Assembly: GCA_964643435.1 (NCBI GenBank)
Contig: CAZXPY010000003.1
Location: 20,344-84,343, forward strand
Source: an uncultured Gammaproteobacteria bacterium
GTDB lineage: Bacteria > Patescibacteriota > Microgenomatia > Woykebacterales > RBG-16-39-9b
Direction of reading: 5' to 3'
Length of the DNA: 64,000 bases
Shown here: in pieces, positions 48,919-59,041 of the stretch
Layout of the letters: every line of letters begins with the position of its first letter
Numbering within the stretch: position 1 is the first letter of the stretch
Notes under the pieces: generated by a model
What the model was told of the DNA's origin: nothing
What the model saw: the letters and a program-made list of their open reading frames with translations, nothing else
Database searches by the model: none
Position numbers and translations under genes: made by a program

Positions 48919-48924
48919 TAATTA

Positions 48925-49119
48925 CTAACGGTTTTTATTGTTTAAGTAGTCGATAAAATTAAGATCTAAATTCGGATCTAATGGTTGAAGTTGGGATTCG
49001 GCGGTCTTAGTTATCGATTCCTTAGTTATAGTTCTATAAACTTGAAAACTAAACCAACTTGCTAAAGTTAAAACAGTTAGGATTAGAAGAAAAATTGTAT
49101 TTTTAGAAATTTTTATCAT
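48925..49119 (-). CDS. Small single-TM protein in pil cluster
   Basis: 64 aa, N-terminal TM, PLDP.LD; follows pilO. Confidence 0.65.
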   Translation of the reverse strand: MIKISKNTIFLLILTVLTLASWFSFQVYRTITKESITKTAESQLQPLDPNLDLNFIDYLNNKNR

Positions 49120-49128
49120 AAGAATAGA

Positions 49129-49743
49129 TTATTTTTTACTAACCCCAAGAAAATAGGCTTTAAGTTCTAAATTAACAGTAATGCTTTCTTCTGTTTGTCC
49201 TTTAGTAAAGTTAGCATTGACAATATCGGTTGTTCTCAAAAAATTTTCTAGAGCCCGGATGAAAGCTTTTATATTTTCATAGCTACCAGTTACCCTAGCG
49301 GTATAGGACATTGGCGTAGTTGTTAGTAAAGGCAGTGCTTCTCTGGTACTTGTTTCTGTTGGCGTGAGTGGTAACGAGGAGAGCTGAAAAGAATTTAACG
49401 AAACTCCGCTTGCCGCCGCGGTATTTTCAACGTAACTCATATAAGTAGTTAAGTCAGGACTATTTGGAAGAGCTAAATCAAACAAGAATAAATCACCACT
49501 TATTGAATTATAATTTGCTTTGGCCCTTTGTAAGTTATCAATCTTTAACCGGAGGAGCTTATCTATTTCTCTAGCGTCATTTACGTTCTTTTTTAAAATA
49601 GAAACATAAGACAAAGCTGGTTGAACAATTAAAATCATCGCAATAATCGTGATTAGGGTTAGAGCTAAACTAAAATAACTTTTTGCCCTTGGACTTTCTA
49701 GATACTCACTATAGCGGATAAAAAAAGTTTTATAACCGATCAT
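49129..49743 (-). CDS. pilO: Type IV pilus assembly protein PilO-like
   Basis: TM, coiled coil, LP..PD, GSYE....FI..LE...R. Confidence 0.8.
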   Translation of the reverse strand: MIGYKTFFIRYSEYLESPRAKSYFSLALTLITIIAMILIVQPALSYVSILKKNVNDAREIDKLLRLKIDNLQRAKANYNSISGDLFLFDLALPNSPDLTTYMSYVENTAAASGVSLNSFQLSSLPLTPTETSTREALPLLTTTPMSYTARVTGSYENIKAFIRALENFLRTTDIVNANFTKGQTEESITVNLELKAYFLGVSKK

Positions 49744-49758
49744 CTTATAAAAAAATTC

Positions 49759-50346
49759 TCAATTTAATTTAATTTGAGATGTAAACGCCTTTGAATTTAT
49801 GGTCGCAGTTGCTCCAAAAGTAAAATTTGGTGAGGTCTCGTTAGGAACAGTTATTTTAGTTATTTCTAAGTTTGAAATTTTGTCACTTTTTTCAATCGAG
49901 TTAATTAAAGTTTGGAGTGTTTCCTCACTGGAAAAATCACCACCAAAAGTAATTGTATTTTGGTCTACTTTTAATTCGGTTAAAACAACACCGATTGGTA
50001 ATAGAGAATTTAGTTCGTCCAGAATTTTTTCAAAAAATATATGATTACTTTCTAGTGATTTGAGATTCTGTAAACGAGTTTGGACAAGACGAAATTCATT
50101 TTCAAATTTAGAGAAGTTTTCGATTAAATCTTGCTGACCAACTATAGATTCTTTTAGGTCATTACGTTCAATAGTGAGTTTTACTGAATACGCGAAAGTA
50201 CCTAGGGCGACTATTTCGGTGAGGATAATAATGTAACGCCCTAAAGTTAAAATCCAAGAAACTAGCTTTCCAAACGATTCAGTTAGTTCTTCTTGAGGAA
50301 GTAGGTTAATTTCTGCTGAAGTCTGTTTTAGGGCAGGCTTAGCCAT
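49759..50346 (-). CDS. pilN: Type IV pilus assembly protein PilN-like
   Basis: INLLP motif, TM, coiled coil, P.GV.L. Confidence 0.82.
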   Translation of the reverse strand: MAKPALKQTSAEINLLPQEELTESFGKLVSWILTLGRYIIILTEIVALGTFAYSVKLTIERNDLKESIVGQQDLIENFSKFENEFRLVQTRLQNLKSLESNHIFFEKILDELNSLLPIGVVLTELKVDQNTITFGGDFSSEETLQTLINSIEKSDKISNLEITKITVPNETSPNFTFGATATINSKAFTSQIKLN

Positions 50347-50361
50347 TTGTAAGTAAGTATA

Positions 50362-50625
50362 CTACTTTTTTACCTTTTTTGAAACAGTCTTCTTAGGCGG
50401 TATTTTTGAAAGCCTACTCTTTAATCTAGCCGCCTTATTCCTGTGAATTAGGTTGTTTTTAACGGCTTTATCAATAAGACTCAAGCCATTAAGAATTGCG
50501 TCGCTAGCTTTGGTTTCAAGAGCTTTTTTTAGAGCCGCCTTTAGATTCATTTTTAAAGCTTTATTTCTAACTTGTCTAACTTTATCCTGACGTAATTTTT
50601 TTACTGCACTTTTGGTAATCGGCAT
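50362..50625 (-). CDS. rpsT: 30S ribosomal protein S20
   Basis: KSAVK..RQ, IDKAVK...IH.NKAARLKSRL. Confidence 0.96.
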   Translation of the reverse strand: MPITKSAVKKLRQDKVRQVRNKALKMNLKAALKKALETKASDAILNGLSLIDKAVKNNLIHRNKAARLKSRLSKIPPKKTVSKKVKK

Positions 50626-50691
50626 AATTTAAGGATATTAACAAAAAATCAAAGCTGGTGCAAACAACAGCCTTCTTGTTATACTAAAAAA

Positions 50692-52362
50692 GTGGTTAAA
50701 CGATTTTTGAAAAACAGTACAAGAATCTTATTCCAACGCCAAAACACAATACTTTCCGCGGCTACCATAATGATGCTATTGATTTTAGCATCCCGAATAT
50801 TAGGATTAATTAGAAACCGGCTATTGGCAGGTACATTTGGGGCTGGTTCGGAGCTAGACATATATAACGCCGCTTTTGCTTTACCAGATTTTATTGCTGA
50901 TTTTCTGATTACAGGAGCGTTAACAGTCTCATTTATACCGATAATGACTTCTCTAATAACAAAAAATAGAGAAAAAGAGGCTGAGGCGGTTGCCTCTACA
51001 GTATTGAACGTAGCCCTACTAATATTTGGTCTTATTGGTTTTATTATAATTATTTTTGCTAATAGTCTTTCTAGTTTTTTGTTTCCCGGGTTCAGCGAAG
51101 ATCAAATTAAGGAGGTTGTCCTTCTTACCAGATTTATAATTTTTTCAGAACTCATTTTAATAATTGGCTCTTTTTTTGCTTCGATTTTACAAAGTCATTA
51201 TCGCTTTATTATCCCCGCTTTAGCACCGGTTGCCTATAATTTAGGAATTATTTTTGGGATTTATTTTTTTTCAGAAAGGTTTGGAATTTTAGGAGTTGTT
51301 TTTGGAGTAATTTTAGGAGCATTTTTACATGTTTTAATTCAGCTCCCCTTGATTAAGAGATTAAATTTTGGGCTTAAATGGATTATTGCTTTGAATAATA
51401 AGGGAGTAAAAAAAATAGCTCTTCTTTCTCTTCCAAGAGCTCTGACAATTGGAATGGAGCAAATTAAGTGGTTAATTAATCTTTTCCTTGCCTCACTTTT
51501 AGTTACCGGTTCAGTTACTATTATTAAGTTTTCTGTTGATCTTCAAAACTTTCCAATAGGGCTTTTTGGAATAACGGTGGCCACCGCCGCCTTACCAGCA
51601 CTTTCAAATGAATGGGTTAGGAACAAACAGGAAGAGTTTAAAGAAACATTTCTTAGTAGTCTCCATCAAATCCTTTTTCTTTCGGTACCGGCAAGTATAA
51701 TTTTAATCACTTTGCGTATTCCGGTAGTAAGACTTACCCTTGGTTCTGGAAAATTTGATTGGAATGATACAGTTACAACCGCCACGACTTTATCATTTTT
51801 TGCAGTTAGTGTCTTTGCTCAATCAGCCACTCTTTTAATAGCAAGAGCTTTTTACGCAATGCAAAATAGCTCAGTACCACTACGGGTTGCTTTTACAAGT
51901 TTAATATTACACGCTTTGGTAGGGGTATCTTTAATTTTTTTATTTAGCGACGTTTCTTATTTAGCTATTACTTCAAGTATCTCTTCTCTTTTTACCTTTA
52001 TGACCTTGCTTTTTATTTTAAATAAGGAAGTTGGTGGTTTTGATAAGAATAGGTTGTTCTTACCAGTGGTAAAAATATTTCTAGCCAGCTTTATTATGGC
52101 CCTGCTACTTTACTTACCCTTGCACCTTAAATTTGAAGGGACTTATGTTATCGATTTAATTATCGATACAACTAGAACAATAAACCTTCTTCTAATAACT
52201 TTGGTTGTAACAATAGTTGGTTTATTTGTATACGGCGTTACTTGTTGGTATTTAAAATCAGATGAATTGCAGGCGTATATTAATTTGTTTAAAAGTTTTA
52301 AAGGTTTGGGGAAGGCTTTTTTAGTGGAACCTAAATCTACAGAAACAACCGCAAACCCCTAA
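50692..52362 (+). CDS. murJ: Lipid II flippase MurJ
   Basis: SRILGLIR, AAF.LPD, GAL..SFIP, RAFYA; many TMs. Confidence 0.93.
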   Translation: MVKRFLKNSTRILFQRQNTILSAATIMMLLILASRILGLIRNRLLAGTFGAGSELDIYNAAFALPDFIADFLITGALTVSFIPIMTSLITKNREKEAEAVASTVLNVALLIFGLIGFIIIIFANSLSSFLFPGFSEDQIKEVVLLTRFIIFSELILIIGSFFASILQSHYRFIIPALAPVAYNLGIIFGIYFFSERFGILGVVFGVILGAFLHVLIQLPLIKRLNFGLKWIIALNNKGVKKIALLSLPRALTIGMEQIKWLINLFLASLLVTGSVTIIKFSVDLQNFPIGLFGITVATAALPALSNEWVRNKQEEFKETFLSSLHQILFLSVPASIILITLRIPVVRLTLGSGKFDWNDTVTTATTLSFFAVSVFAQSATLLIARAFYAMQNSSVPLRVAFTSLILHALVGVSLIFLFSDVSYLAITSSISSLFTFMTLLFILNKEVGGFDKNRLFLPVVKIFLASFIMALLLYLPLHLKFEGTYVIDLIIDTTRTINLLLITLVVTIVGLFVYGVTCWYLKSDELQAYINLFKSFKGLGKAFLVEPKSTETTANP

Positions 52363-52371
52363 GTCTTGTTG

Positions 52372-54135
52372 ATGGATAAAATTAGAAATTTTACTATTTT
52401 GGCTCATATTGATCACGGTAAGTCTACTCTTGCTGATAGATTTTTAGAAATTACCCAAACATTGCCAAAAGAAAAAATTGTAGAACAAACCTTAGATCGG
52501 CTCGATTTAGAGCGGGAAAGAGGGATTACTATAAAATTAACCCCAGTAACAATGGGTTGGAAGGGCTATACTTTAAATTTGATTGATACCCCAGGCCACG
52601 TAGATTTCACTTACGAAGTCTCCCGAGCTTTACGGGCGGTAGAGGGAGCAATTCTCCTAATCGACGCCACTACCGGCATTGCCGCCCAAACCTTAAGTAA
52701 TTATCGTCTTACCTTAGAAGCCAAACTAAAATTAATACCAGTTATTAATAAGATTGATCATCCTTTTGCTCAAACTGAAAGTTTGGTCGAGTCTTTGATA
52801 GAAGCCTTTAAGTTTGAGGAAGTAGAGATATTAAAAGTTTCCGCCAAAACTGGTCAAAACGTGGCTAATTTACTAGATAAAGTTATTAAGGTTGTTCCGG
52901 TACCTAGGGAAGGAGAAAAATCAGCTGCTTTAATTTTTGATTCGTTTTATGACCCATTTAAGGGTGTAGTGGCGTTTGTACGGGTCTTTGGCGGTTTTTT
53001 TAAGAGTGGGGATCGACTTAAACTAGTTGGTCAAGACTTCGAAGCAGATGCAGTTGAAGTTGGTATTTTCACCCCTGATCTTAGGCCTAAATTACAACTT
53101 AGTAGCGGTGAAATTGGTTACATTGCTACTGGCGTAAAGAACCCCGCCAAGGTTTTGGTTGGGGATACGATAGCTTTATTCACAGAAAAGAATCCCCAAA
53201 TTCTCCCCGGGTTTAGGAAGATTAAACCCCTAGTTTACGCTTCCTTTTATCCAGCAAATAATAATGATTTTCCACTCCTTTTCGAAGCCTTGCAAAAATT
53301 TAAATTAAATGATGCTTCATTATTTTTCGAACCAGAATCATCGGCAGCCCTAGGACTCGGTTTTAGATGTGGGTTTCTTGGATTACTTCATCTTGAGATA
53401 GTTCAAGAAAGACTGGAGCGAGAGTATAATTTGGATTTAGTCGCTTCATCACCAACAGTTAAATATTTGGTTGAATTAACTAGTGGTTCGGAAATCGAAA
53501 TCTCTAATCCCACTACGTTTCCACTGCCCTCTCAAATTAAAAAAATTAAAGAGCCAATTGTTAACGCAGAAATTGTTACACCATCCCAATATATTGGTGG
53601 GATACTGGAACTTATACAAAAGAAAAGAGGCAGGGTTAATAATTATAACTACGTGGCTGATCAGGTGATTATTGAAGCAAAGATTCCTTTATTCGAAGTT
53701 ATTGCTGATTTTTTTGATAAATTAAAATCAATATCGAGTGGTTTTGCTTCTTTTGATTACGATTTGGCTTCATGGGAAGAGGTTGAAGCGGTGAAATTGG
53801 ATGTGCTAGTAGCCGGCAGCAAAATTGACGCTTTAAGCCAGATTATTGTTAAGAGAAATGCCCAAATTGTTGGTAGAAGATTGGTAGAAAAACTTAAAGG
53901 ATTAATACCAAGACAACAATTTGAGGTTTCGTTGCAAGCGGCGGTCGGCGGAAAAATTTTAGCAAGAGCAGATATTCCATCATACAGGAAAGACGTTACT
54001 GCCAAACTATATGGGGGCGATAGAACTAGAAAAGATAAGCTTCTGCAGAAACAAAAGAAAGGCAAAAAAAGAATGAAGATGGTCGGACGAGTCGAAATTC
54101 CCCAAGAAGCCTTCCTATTAGCTCTAAAAATCTGA
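52372..54135 (+). CDS. lepA: Elongation factor 4
   Basis: AHIDHGKSTLADR, ERGITIK, GFRCGFLGLLH, RKDVTAKLYGGD. Confidence 0.97.
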   Translation: MDKIRNFTILAHIDHGKSTLADRFLEITQTLPKEKIVEQTLDRLDLERERGITIKLTPVTMGWKGYTLNLIDTPGHVDFTYEVSRALRAVEGAILLIDATTGIAAQTLSNYRLTLEAKLKLIPVINKIDHPFAQTESLVESLIEAFKFEEVEILKVSAKTGQNVANLLDKVIKVVPVPREGEKSAALIFDSFYDPFKGVVAFVRVFGGFFKSGDRLKLVGQDFEADAVEVGIFTPDLRPKLQLSSGEIGYIATGVKNPAKVLVGDTIALFTEKNPQILPGFRKIKPLVYASFYPANNNDFPLLFEALQKFKLNDASLFFEPESSAALGLGFRCGFLGLLHLEIVQERLEREYNLDLVASSPTVKYLVELTSGSEIEISNPTTFPLPSQIKKIKEPIVNAEIVTPSQYIGGILELIQKKRGRVNNYNYVADQVIIEAKIPLFEVIADFFDKLKSISSGFASFDYDLASWEEVEAVKLDVLVAGSKIDALSQIIVKRNAQIVGRRLVEKLKGLIPRQQFEVSLQAAVGGKILARADIPSYRKDVTAKLYGGDRTRKDKLLQKQKKGKKRMKMVGRVEIPQEAFLLALKI

Positions 54136-54175
54136 TGAAAACCCCACGGAAACTAATAAAGTAATACGTAATAGT

Positions 54176-54214
54176 CTTATAGTTCTTGACATAAACCAAT
54201 GATGGTGGTATAAT
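54176..54214 (+). promoter_or_regulatory. Consensus sigma70 promoter with upstream CTTATAG motif
   Basis: TTGACA (54186)-17 nt-TGgTATAAT (54209-54214). Confidence 0.8.
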
Positions 54215-54220
54215 TATTTT

Positions 54221-54497
54221 GGTTCAGTCTGACCTGGCTGGTGCGAGTAGGCAATGACTAGTCTTTGGAAGTAGTCAACCACCGCAGGGGCATAAGCTCT
54301 CGTCAGATACGGCTGAATCCCGGGTGTCCGCTGCAGGGAAAAGGGTTTGGCTTTTTTGCCCGGCCGAAAGACCTCCCCTGTTCTAACCAGCCAGCACCCA
54401 CAGGGCGCTATTAAGCTACAATGCACTAGATTATTGTAGCTTAACGCAATCTCCAACCAGGTTTTTCGATCTTTCGGGAGACCTGGTTTCCCTTTTA
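54221..54497 (+). ncRNA. Candidate structured ncRNA of unknown family
   Basis: Own promoter and terminator, GC-rich, no SD-led ORF, nested stems, 9-bp pseudoknot, perfect 12-bp hairpin. Confidence 0.62.
54455..54497 (+). terminator. Terminator of the candidate ncRNA
   Basis: AACCAGGTTTTTCGA/TCGGGAGACCTGGTT stem followed by TCCCTTTTA. Confidence 0.7.
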
Positions 54498-54513
54498 TTA
54501 AAGATTCTCGGTC

Positions 54514-54551
54514 TTGACTTTTGTTAGCAGTCGTGTTATATAGATTGCTAG
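54514..54551 (+). promoter_or_regulatory. hrcA promoter with CIRCE-like operator
   Basis: TTGACT at 54514; TTAGCAGTC-N10-GATTGCTAG at 54524-54551, directly before the ATG. Confidence 0.65.
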
Positions 54552-54552
54552 A

Positions 54553-55281
54553 ATGGAACTTGCATCAAGACAGCAGGAGCTACTGCGAGCAATAATCGAA
54601 GAATATATTGAAACCGCAGAACCGGTTGGTTCAGAGACGATTGTTAGAAAGTACAACCTCGGTGTTTCCCCAGCAACAATCCGCAACGAAATGGTGGAAT
54701 TGACTGATTTGGGATTTCTTAAAAAGCCTTACGCGAGTGCCGGACGTATTCCTTCTCCCTCTGCTTTAAAATTTTATATCCAAACTTTGATGAAGGAACA
54801 CGAACTTCCTGTGAAGGACGAGGTTTCAATTAAAGAATCTCTTTGGGATAATCGCTTTGAGTTCGATAAACTCTTGAAAGAAGCCTCTAAACAATTGTCA
54901 GAGAAAACTGGTACCTTGGCAATAGCTAATACCGAAGGAGGAGATACCTATTATTACGGAGCCGCTAGTATTCTAGATATGCCTGAATTTATTGATATTG
55001 ATCTAACTAAGAGTATCCTCTCCCTTTTGGACGATAATACTCTTTTGAGCGAAATTTTTAGTCGAGTAATTGGGGATAACGATGTCCATATTTTAATTGG
55101 TGATGATTTAGAAATTGAAAATTTACTTCCTTGTTCGTTTGTTTTTTCAAATTTTGGAGCCGGAAGAAGATTTGCGGGAACTGTAGGAGTAATCGGACCA
55201 GCAAGAATGCATTATCCAAGAGTGGTACCGACAGTACGTTATTTTGGTTACTTATTGAATGAAGCTGCAGCGAGTTGGTAG
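54553..55281 (+). CDS. hrcA: Heat-inducible repressor HrcA (short form)
   Basis: YIETAEPVGS, SPATIRNEM, SAGRIP, GVIGPARM.Y. Confidence 0.95.
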   Translation: MELASRQQELLRAIIEEYIETAEPVGSETIVRKYNLGVSPATIRNEMVELTDLGFLKKPYASAGRIPSPSALKFYIQTLMKEHELPVKDEVSIKESLWDNRFEFDKLLKEASKQLSEKTGTLAIANTEGGDTYYYGAASILDMPEFIDIDLTKSILSLLDDNTLLSEIFSRVIGDNDVHILIGDDLEIENLLPCSFVFSNFGAGRRFAGTVGVIGPARMHYPRVVPTVRYFGYLLNEAAASW

Positions 55282-55283
55282 AA

Positions 55284-55724
55284 ATGGAAAAATCTAAAAA
55301 AGAGTTGTCGGAGAGATTGGAAGAAGTCAATAACCAACTTAAAAGAGCTCTAGCAGACTATTCAAATCTAGAAAAACGGGTCAAAGAAGAGAAAGATTCA
55401 TTTGTAAAGTTCGCCAACCAAAACTTATTATTGAAATTACTGCCTTTATTCAGTAGTCTTGAATTGGCAACAAAAAAAAGTGGGGATGAAGGAATTGCTT
55501 TGGTACTCAAGCAATTCAGAGATTTATTAAAAAGTGAAGGATTAGAAGAAATTTATCCTAAAAATGAGAAATTTGATCCATCCGTTCATGAAGCAGTCGA
55601 GATGGTAGACGGTAAGAAGGGAATAGTAGTCGAAGTTCTAGAATCTGGGTTTAAAATTCACGACAAATTGCTAAGAGCAGCAAAAGTTAAAGTTGGTTTA
55701 GGAAATAAAAAACGCACCGTTTAA
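55284..55724 (+). CDS. grpE: Nucleotide exchange factor GrpE
   Basis: RALADYSNL.KR, FDP..HEA, G......LRAA.V.V. Confidence 0.95.
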   Translation: MEKSKKELSERLEEVNNQLKRALADYSNLEKRVKEEKDSFVKFANQNLLLKLLPLFSSLELATKKSGDEGIALVLKQFRDLLKSEGLEEIYPKNEKFDPSVHEAVEMVDGKKGIVVEVLESGFKIHDKLLRAAKVKVGLGNKKRTV

Positions 55725-55741
55725 GTATAATTAATAAACAT

Positions 55742-55996
55742 ATGATTAAGATTTTTTATTTAATTTGGAGTTTTTTATTAGCGCTGCCTATTACAGCATT
55801 AAGTTTTTTTTATTTACGAAATGAGAGTTTAAGAGGATTTCCTTTTTCCTTTGCTAAGGAAATTACCATTGAGGCTAGTGAAGGACATAGAAGTTTAAAT
55901 TTTAATATTTGGATAGGACTGCTCGATTTATTTTTTTGGTGGTTAGTTTTTAGTATCTTTTTGGTAGTAGTAAAAAATTACGTTTTAGAAAAGTAA
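55742..55996 (+). CDS. Small 2-TM membrane protein
   Basis: Two hydrophobic segments, RGFPF; TATAAT just upstream. Confidence 0.65.
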   Translation: MIKIFYLIWSFLLALPITALSFFYLRNESLRGFPFSFAKEITIEASEGHRSLNFNIWIGLLDLFFWWLVFSIFLVVVKNYVLEK

Positions 55997-56036
55997 AAAA
56001 AGTAGGAGATAAATAAAGTTTATAGAAGGGAAAAAT

Positions 56037-56093
56037 ATGAGCAAAATTATGACTGGCTCTGCCAGACGTAATTTCCGACCAAATTTATCGTAG
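56037..56093 (+). CDS. Possible 18-aa upstream ORF MSKIMTGSARRNFRPNLS
   Basis: TAGAAGGGA SD-like site; first four residues match DnaK; TAG overlaps the dnaK SD. Confidence 0.4.
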   Translation: MSKIMTGSARRNFRPNLS

Positions 56094-56106
56094 AAAGGAT
56101 TAAAGC

Positions 56107-58020
56107 ATGTCGAAAATTATTGGAATTGATTTAGGTACAACAAATTCAGCTGTTGCTGCTACTGAGGGCGGAAAGCCCAAAATTATCCACAGCAGCGAAG
56201 GGGAAAACATTATCCCAAGTGTAGTGGATCCAATAAAAAGAGTGGTCGGTAGAGTCGCTAAAAGACAAGCAGTTGTTAACCCAAAGGCGACAATTTTTTC
56301 AATAAAACGTTTAATGGGTAGAAAATTTAAAGACGCTTCTGTTCAGTACGATATGAAATGGCTGCCTTACACAATTAAAGAAGGAAAAGAAGGGATGGCA
56401 ACTATTGAGGTAGAAGGTAAAGAGTTTACTCCTCAAGAAATTTCCGCCCAGATTCTCCAAAAGATAAAAGCCGATGCCGAAAGTTATTTAGGCGAAAAAG
56501 TAACTGCGGCAGTGATTACTGTTCCCGCCTATTTTGATGATTCACAGCGCCAAGCCACGAAACAAGCCGGGGAAGTGGCTGGTCTGGAAGTTAAAAGAAT
56601 TATTAACGAGCCAACCGCGGCCGCTTTGGCTTACGGTTTAGATAAAGAAAAAGCGCACACTATTGCCGTCTATGATCTTGGTGGTGGGACTTTTGATATT
56701 ACTATTTTGGAACTTGGCGAAGGCGTTTTTGAGGTAAAAGCAACTGCTGGTGACACCCACTTAGGAGGAGATGATTTTGACCAAAAAATTATTGATTATC
56801 TAATCGAAGAGTTTAAAAAAGAGCAAGGAATAGACCTAAAGAACGATAAGCAAGCCCTGCAACGTTTGCGGGACAGTGCTGAAAAAGCTAAGGTCGAGCT
56901 TTCCACAACAGCTGAATCTGAAATCAATATCCCATTCATTACGGCTGATGGTTCTGGTCCGAAACACCTGGTGATGAAACTTACTCGGGCAAAGCTCGTG
57001 GCGCTGACTAGTGAGTTGATTGAAAAAAGTTTTGAATCAGTAAAGCAAACATTAAAAGACGCTAAGATGGATGCTTCAAAAGTTGACGAAATTGTCTTGG
57101 TTGGTGGTCAAACAAGAATGCCGGCTGTTCAAGAAAAAGTCAAATCCTTCTTTGGTAAAGAACCCCATCGAGGTATTAACCCAGATGAGGTGGTAGCCAT
57201 CGGAGCAGCAATTCAGGGAGCAGTTTTGACTGGCGAAATGAAAGAAGTGGTACTGCTAGATGTTACTCCCCTTTCACTAGGAGTCGAAACTTTGGGTGGA
57301 GTGATGACAACCTTAATAGCCAGAAACACAACGGTGCCAACGTCTAAATCAGAAATTTTCTCAACGGCCGCTGATAATCAAACTAGTGTGGAAATCCACG
57401 TTTTGCAGGGCGAGCGCTCTTTGGCTACCGACAACAAAAGTTTGGGGAGGTTTATCCTTCCCGGTATTCCTCCAGCACCACGAGGTATACCGCAAATTGA
57501 AGTCACTTTTGATATCGATGCCAACGGAATTTTAAATGTTAAAGCTCTCGATAAAGCTACTGGCAAGGAGCAAAAAATTACCATTACAGGTTCAACCGGA
57601 CTTTCTAAGGAAGAGGCTGAAAGAATGACCAAAGAAGCAGAGAGCCATGCGGCCGAAGATCAAAAGAAAAAAGAATTAATTGAAGCGCGCAATATTGCCG
57701 ATGCTCTTATCTATACTGCTGAAAAATCTCTGAAAGACGCTGGTGATAAAGTTCCGGCAGATACCAAAACCGAGGTGGAGGAAAAGGTAAAAGTAGCTAA
57801 AGAAAAAATTGCGCTCGAAGATCTAGAAGCTATTCGTAAAGCCACTGATGATCTTGGTCAAGCCCTACAAAAAATAGGACCCGCCATGTCCTCGCGTCCG
57901 CCAGGAGCAGATACCACCGGTGCTGGGGTACAAGAAGAAATAAAAGGCGAAGCCGAGTCTAAGGAAAGTGAAGAAAAACCAGTCGAAGGTGAAGTGGTAG
58001 AAGAAGAAAAGAAAGAATAA
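56107..58020 (+). CDS. dnaK: Chaperone DnaK
   Basis: [37 protein letters not shown]. Confidence 0.98.
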   Translation: MSKIIGIDLGTTNSAVAATEGGKPKIIHSSEGENIIPSVVDPIKRVVGRVAKRQAVVNPKATIFSIKRLMGRKFKDASVQYDMKWLPYTIKEGKEGMATIEVEGKEFTPQEISAQILQKIKADAESYLGEKVTAAVITVPAYFDDSQRQATKQAGEVAGLEVKRIINEPTAAALAYGLDKEKAHTIAVYDLGGGTFDITILELGEGVFEVKATAGDTHLGGDDFDQKIIDYLIEEFKKEQGIDLKNDKQALQRLRDSAEKAKVELSTTAESEINIPFITADGSGPKHLVMKLTRAKLVALTSELIEKSFESVKQTLKDAKMDASKVDEIVLVGGQTRMPAVQEKVKSFFGKEPHRGINPDEVVAIGAAIQGAVLTGEMKEVVLLDVTPLSLGVETLGGVMTTLIARNTTVPTSKSEIFSTAADNQTSVEIHVLQGERSLATDNKSLGRFILPGIPPAPRGIPQIEVTFDIDANGILNVKALDKATGKEQKITITGSTGLSKEEAERMTKEAESHAAEDQKKKELIEARNIADALIYTAEKSLKDAGDKVPADTKTEVEEKVKVAKEKIALEDLEAIRKATDDLGQALQKIGPAMSSRPPGADTTGAGVQEEIKGEAESKESEEKPVEGEVVEEEKKE

Positions 58021-58075
58021 TCACCAAAGTGTACTATCTAACACACCTTAGAGGTGTACAAAATTGCTGCTTAAG

Positions 58076-58963
58076 TTACTTATCTAAACTTTCCTCTAAA
58101 AAGCCAAAAACTTCTTTTCGATACAAATCTGGGTCACTTTTATAAGTTTCGATATGTTCGCCATTTGGAAAAACCACTAATTTACTATTTGGATTTGCTT
58201 TTTCTAACAACTTTTGACTATTGATAATCGGGATAGTTTCATCTTTTGCTGCGTGAAGAAAAAGAAACCGACGATTTCCTACAAGAACAATTTTATCAAT
58301 TGGCCTGATTTTCTTTAAATCAACATCGAAGAATATTTTGTTAAATAAAAATATAGTGGGGTGGAAAAAAGGAGGAACAAATTTTTCTTTCCAAAGCCGG
58401 TCAGAAATAATCGGGGCAAACTCTGAGGCCGGTGTGTCCAAAACTACTGCTCCCACTTTTTCTAGCTGATCAATTACCATTAATGTGGATATTGCACCGG
58501 CAGAGTTAGCAATAATGCCAATTTTTTCTGAAGAAAAGCCTTGATTTTCAGCAAACTTGATAGCTCCTAAAATATCCCCTCCTTCTGCGGATCCATACCC
58601 AATTCTTTTCCCTTCAGATTCACCATGAGCTCGGCTGTCATACAGCAATACATTGTAGTTTTTGGCAATTAATTCTTGAGCTATTAAAACAGTGTAATAA
58701 GGAGTGTCTACTCTGTTTCCAAGTAATCCAGAAACAAGGATAACAAGTTTATTTGAAGGAGAATTGAAAAGCCAACCTTTTAATTTAATACCATCGCTAG
58801 CTTCAAATTGAATATTTCGGTGGTTATTAGATATCAGTTCTGGCGAGATTTCTATATGTTTGACCATAGGTGAAGTCATTGCGTGGGCGACATAAAGAGA
58901 AACCCCGATATAAATTGTTAGTAAAACTGAAATAATAATAAGAATACGAAGTTTGGTTCTCAT
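58076..58963 (-). CDS. Membrane-anchored alpha/beta hydrolase
   Basis: DGIKLKGW, YD.RAHGESEG, ANSAG nucleophile elbow, D.TIP, C-terminal His. Confidence 0.85.
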   Translation of the reverse strand: MRTKLRILIIISVLLTIYIGVSLYVAHAMTSPMVKHIEISPELISNNHRNIQFEASDGIKLKGWLFNSPSNKLVILVSGLLGNRVDTPYYTVLIAQELIAKNYNVLLYDSRAHGESEGKRIGYGSAEGGDILGAIKFAENQGFSSEKIGIIANSAGAISTLMVIDQLEKVGAVVLDTPASEFAPIISDRLWKEKFVPPFFHPTIFLFNKIFFDVDLKKIRPIDKIVLVGNRRFLFLHAAKDETIPIINSQKLLEKANPNSKLVVFPNGEHIETYKSDPDLYRKEVFGFLEESLDK

Positions 58964-59041
58964 ACCAACAGTTTAATTATAACAAGAAGTAAACAGCGGT
59001 TAGTAAATTTTGAAGTTATCTGCTAAAATAAGCCCGATATT

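Noticed and set aside
54255-54277. Group I intron P7 (GACTA/TAGTC)
   Set aside because: The strands form a simple local hairpin with no room for P3/P8, and there is no host gene
54214-54456. 80-aa minus-strand ORF
   Set aside because: No SD or motif; promoter and terminator are on the plus strand and the sequence is explained by RNA stems
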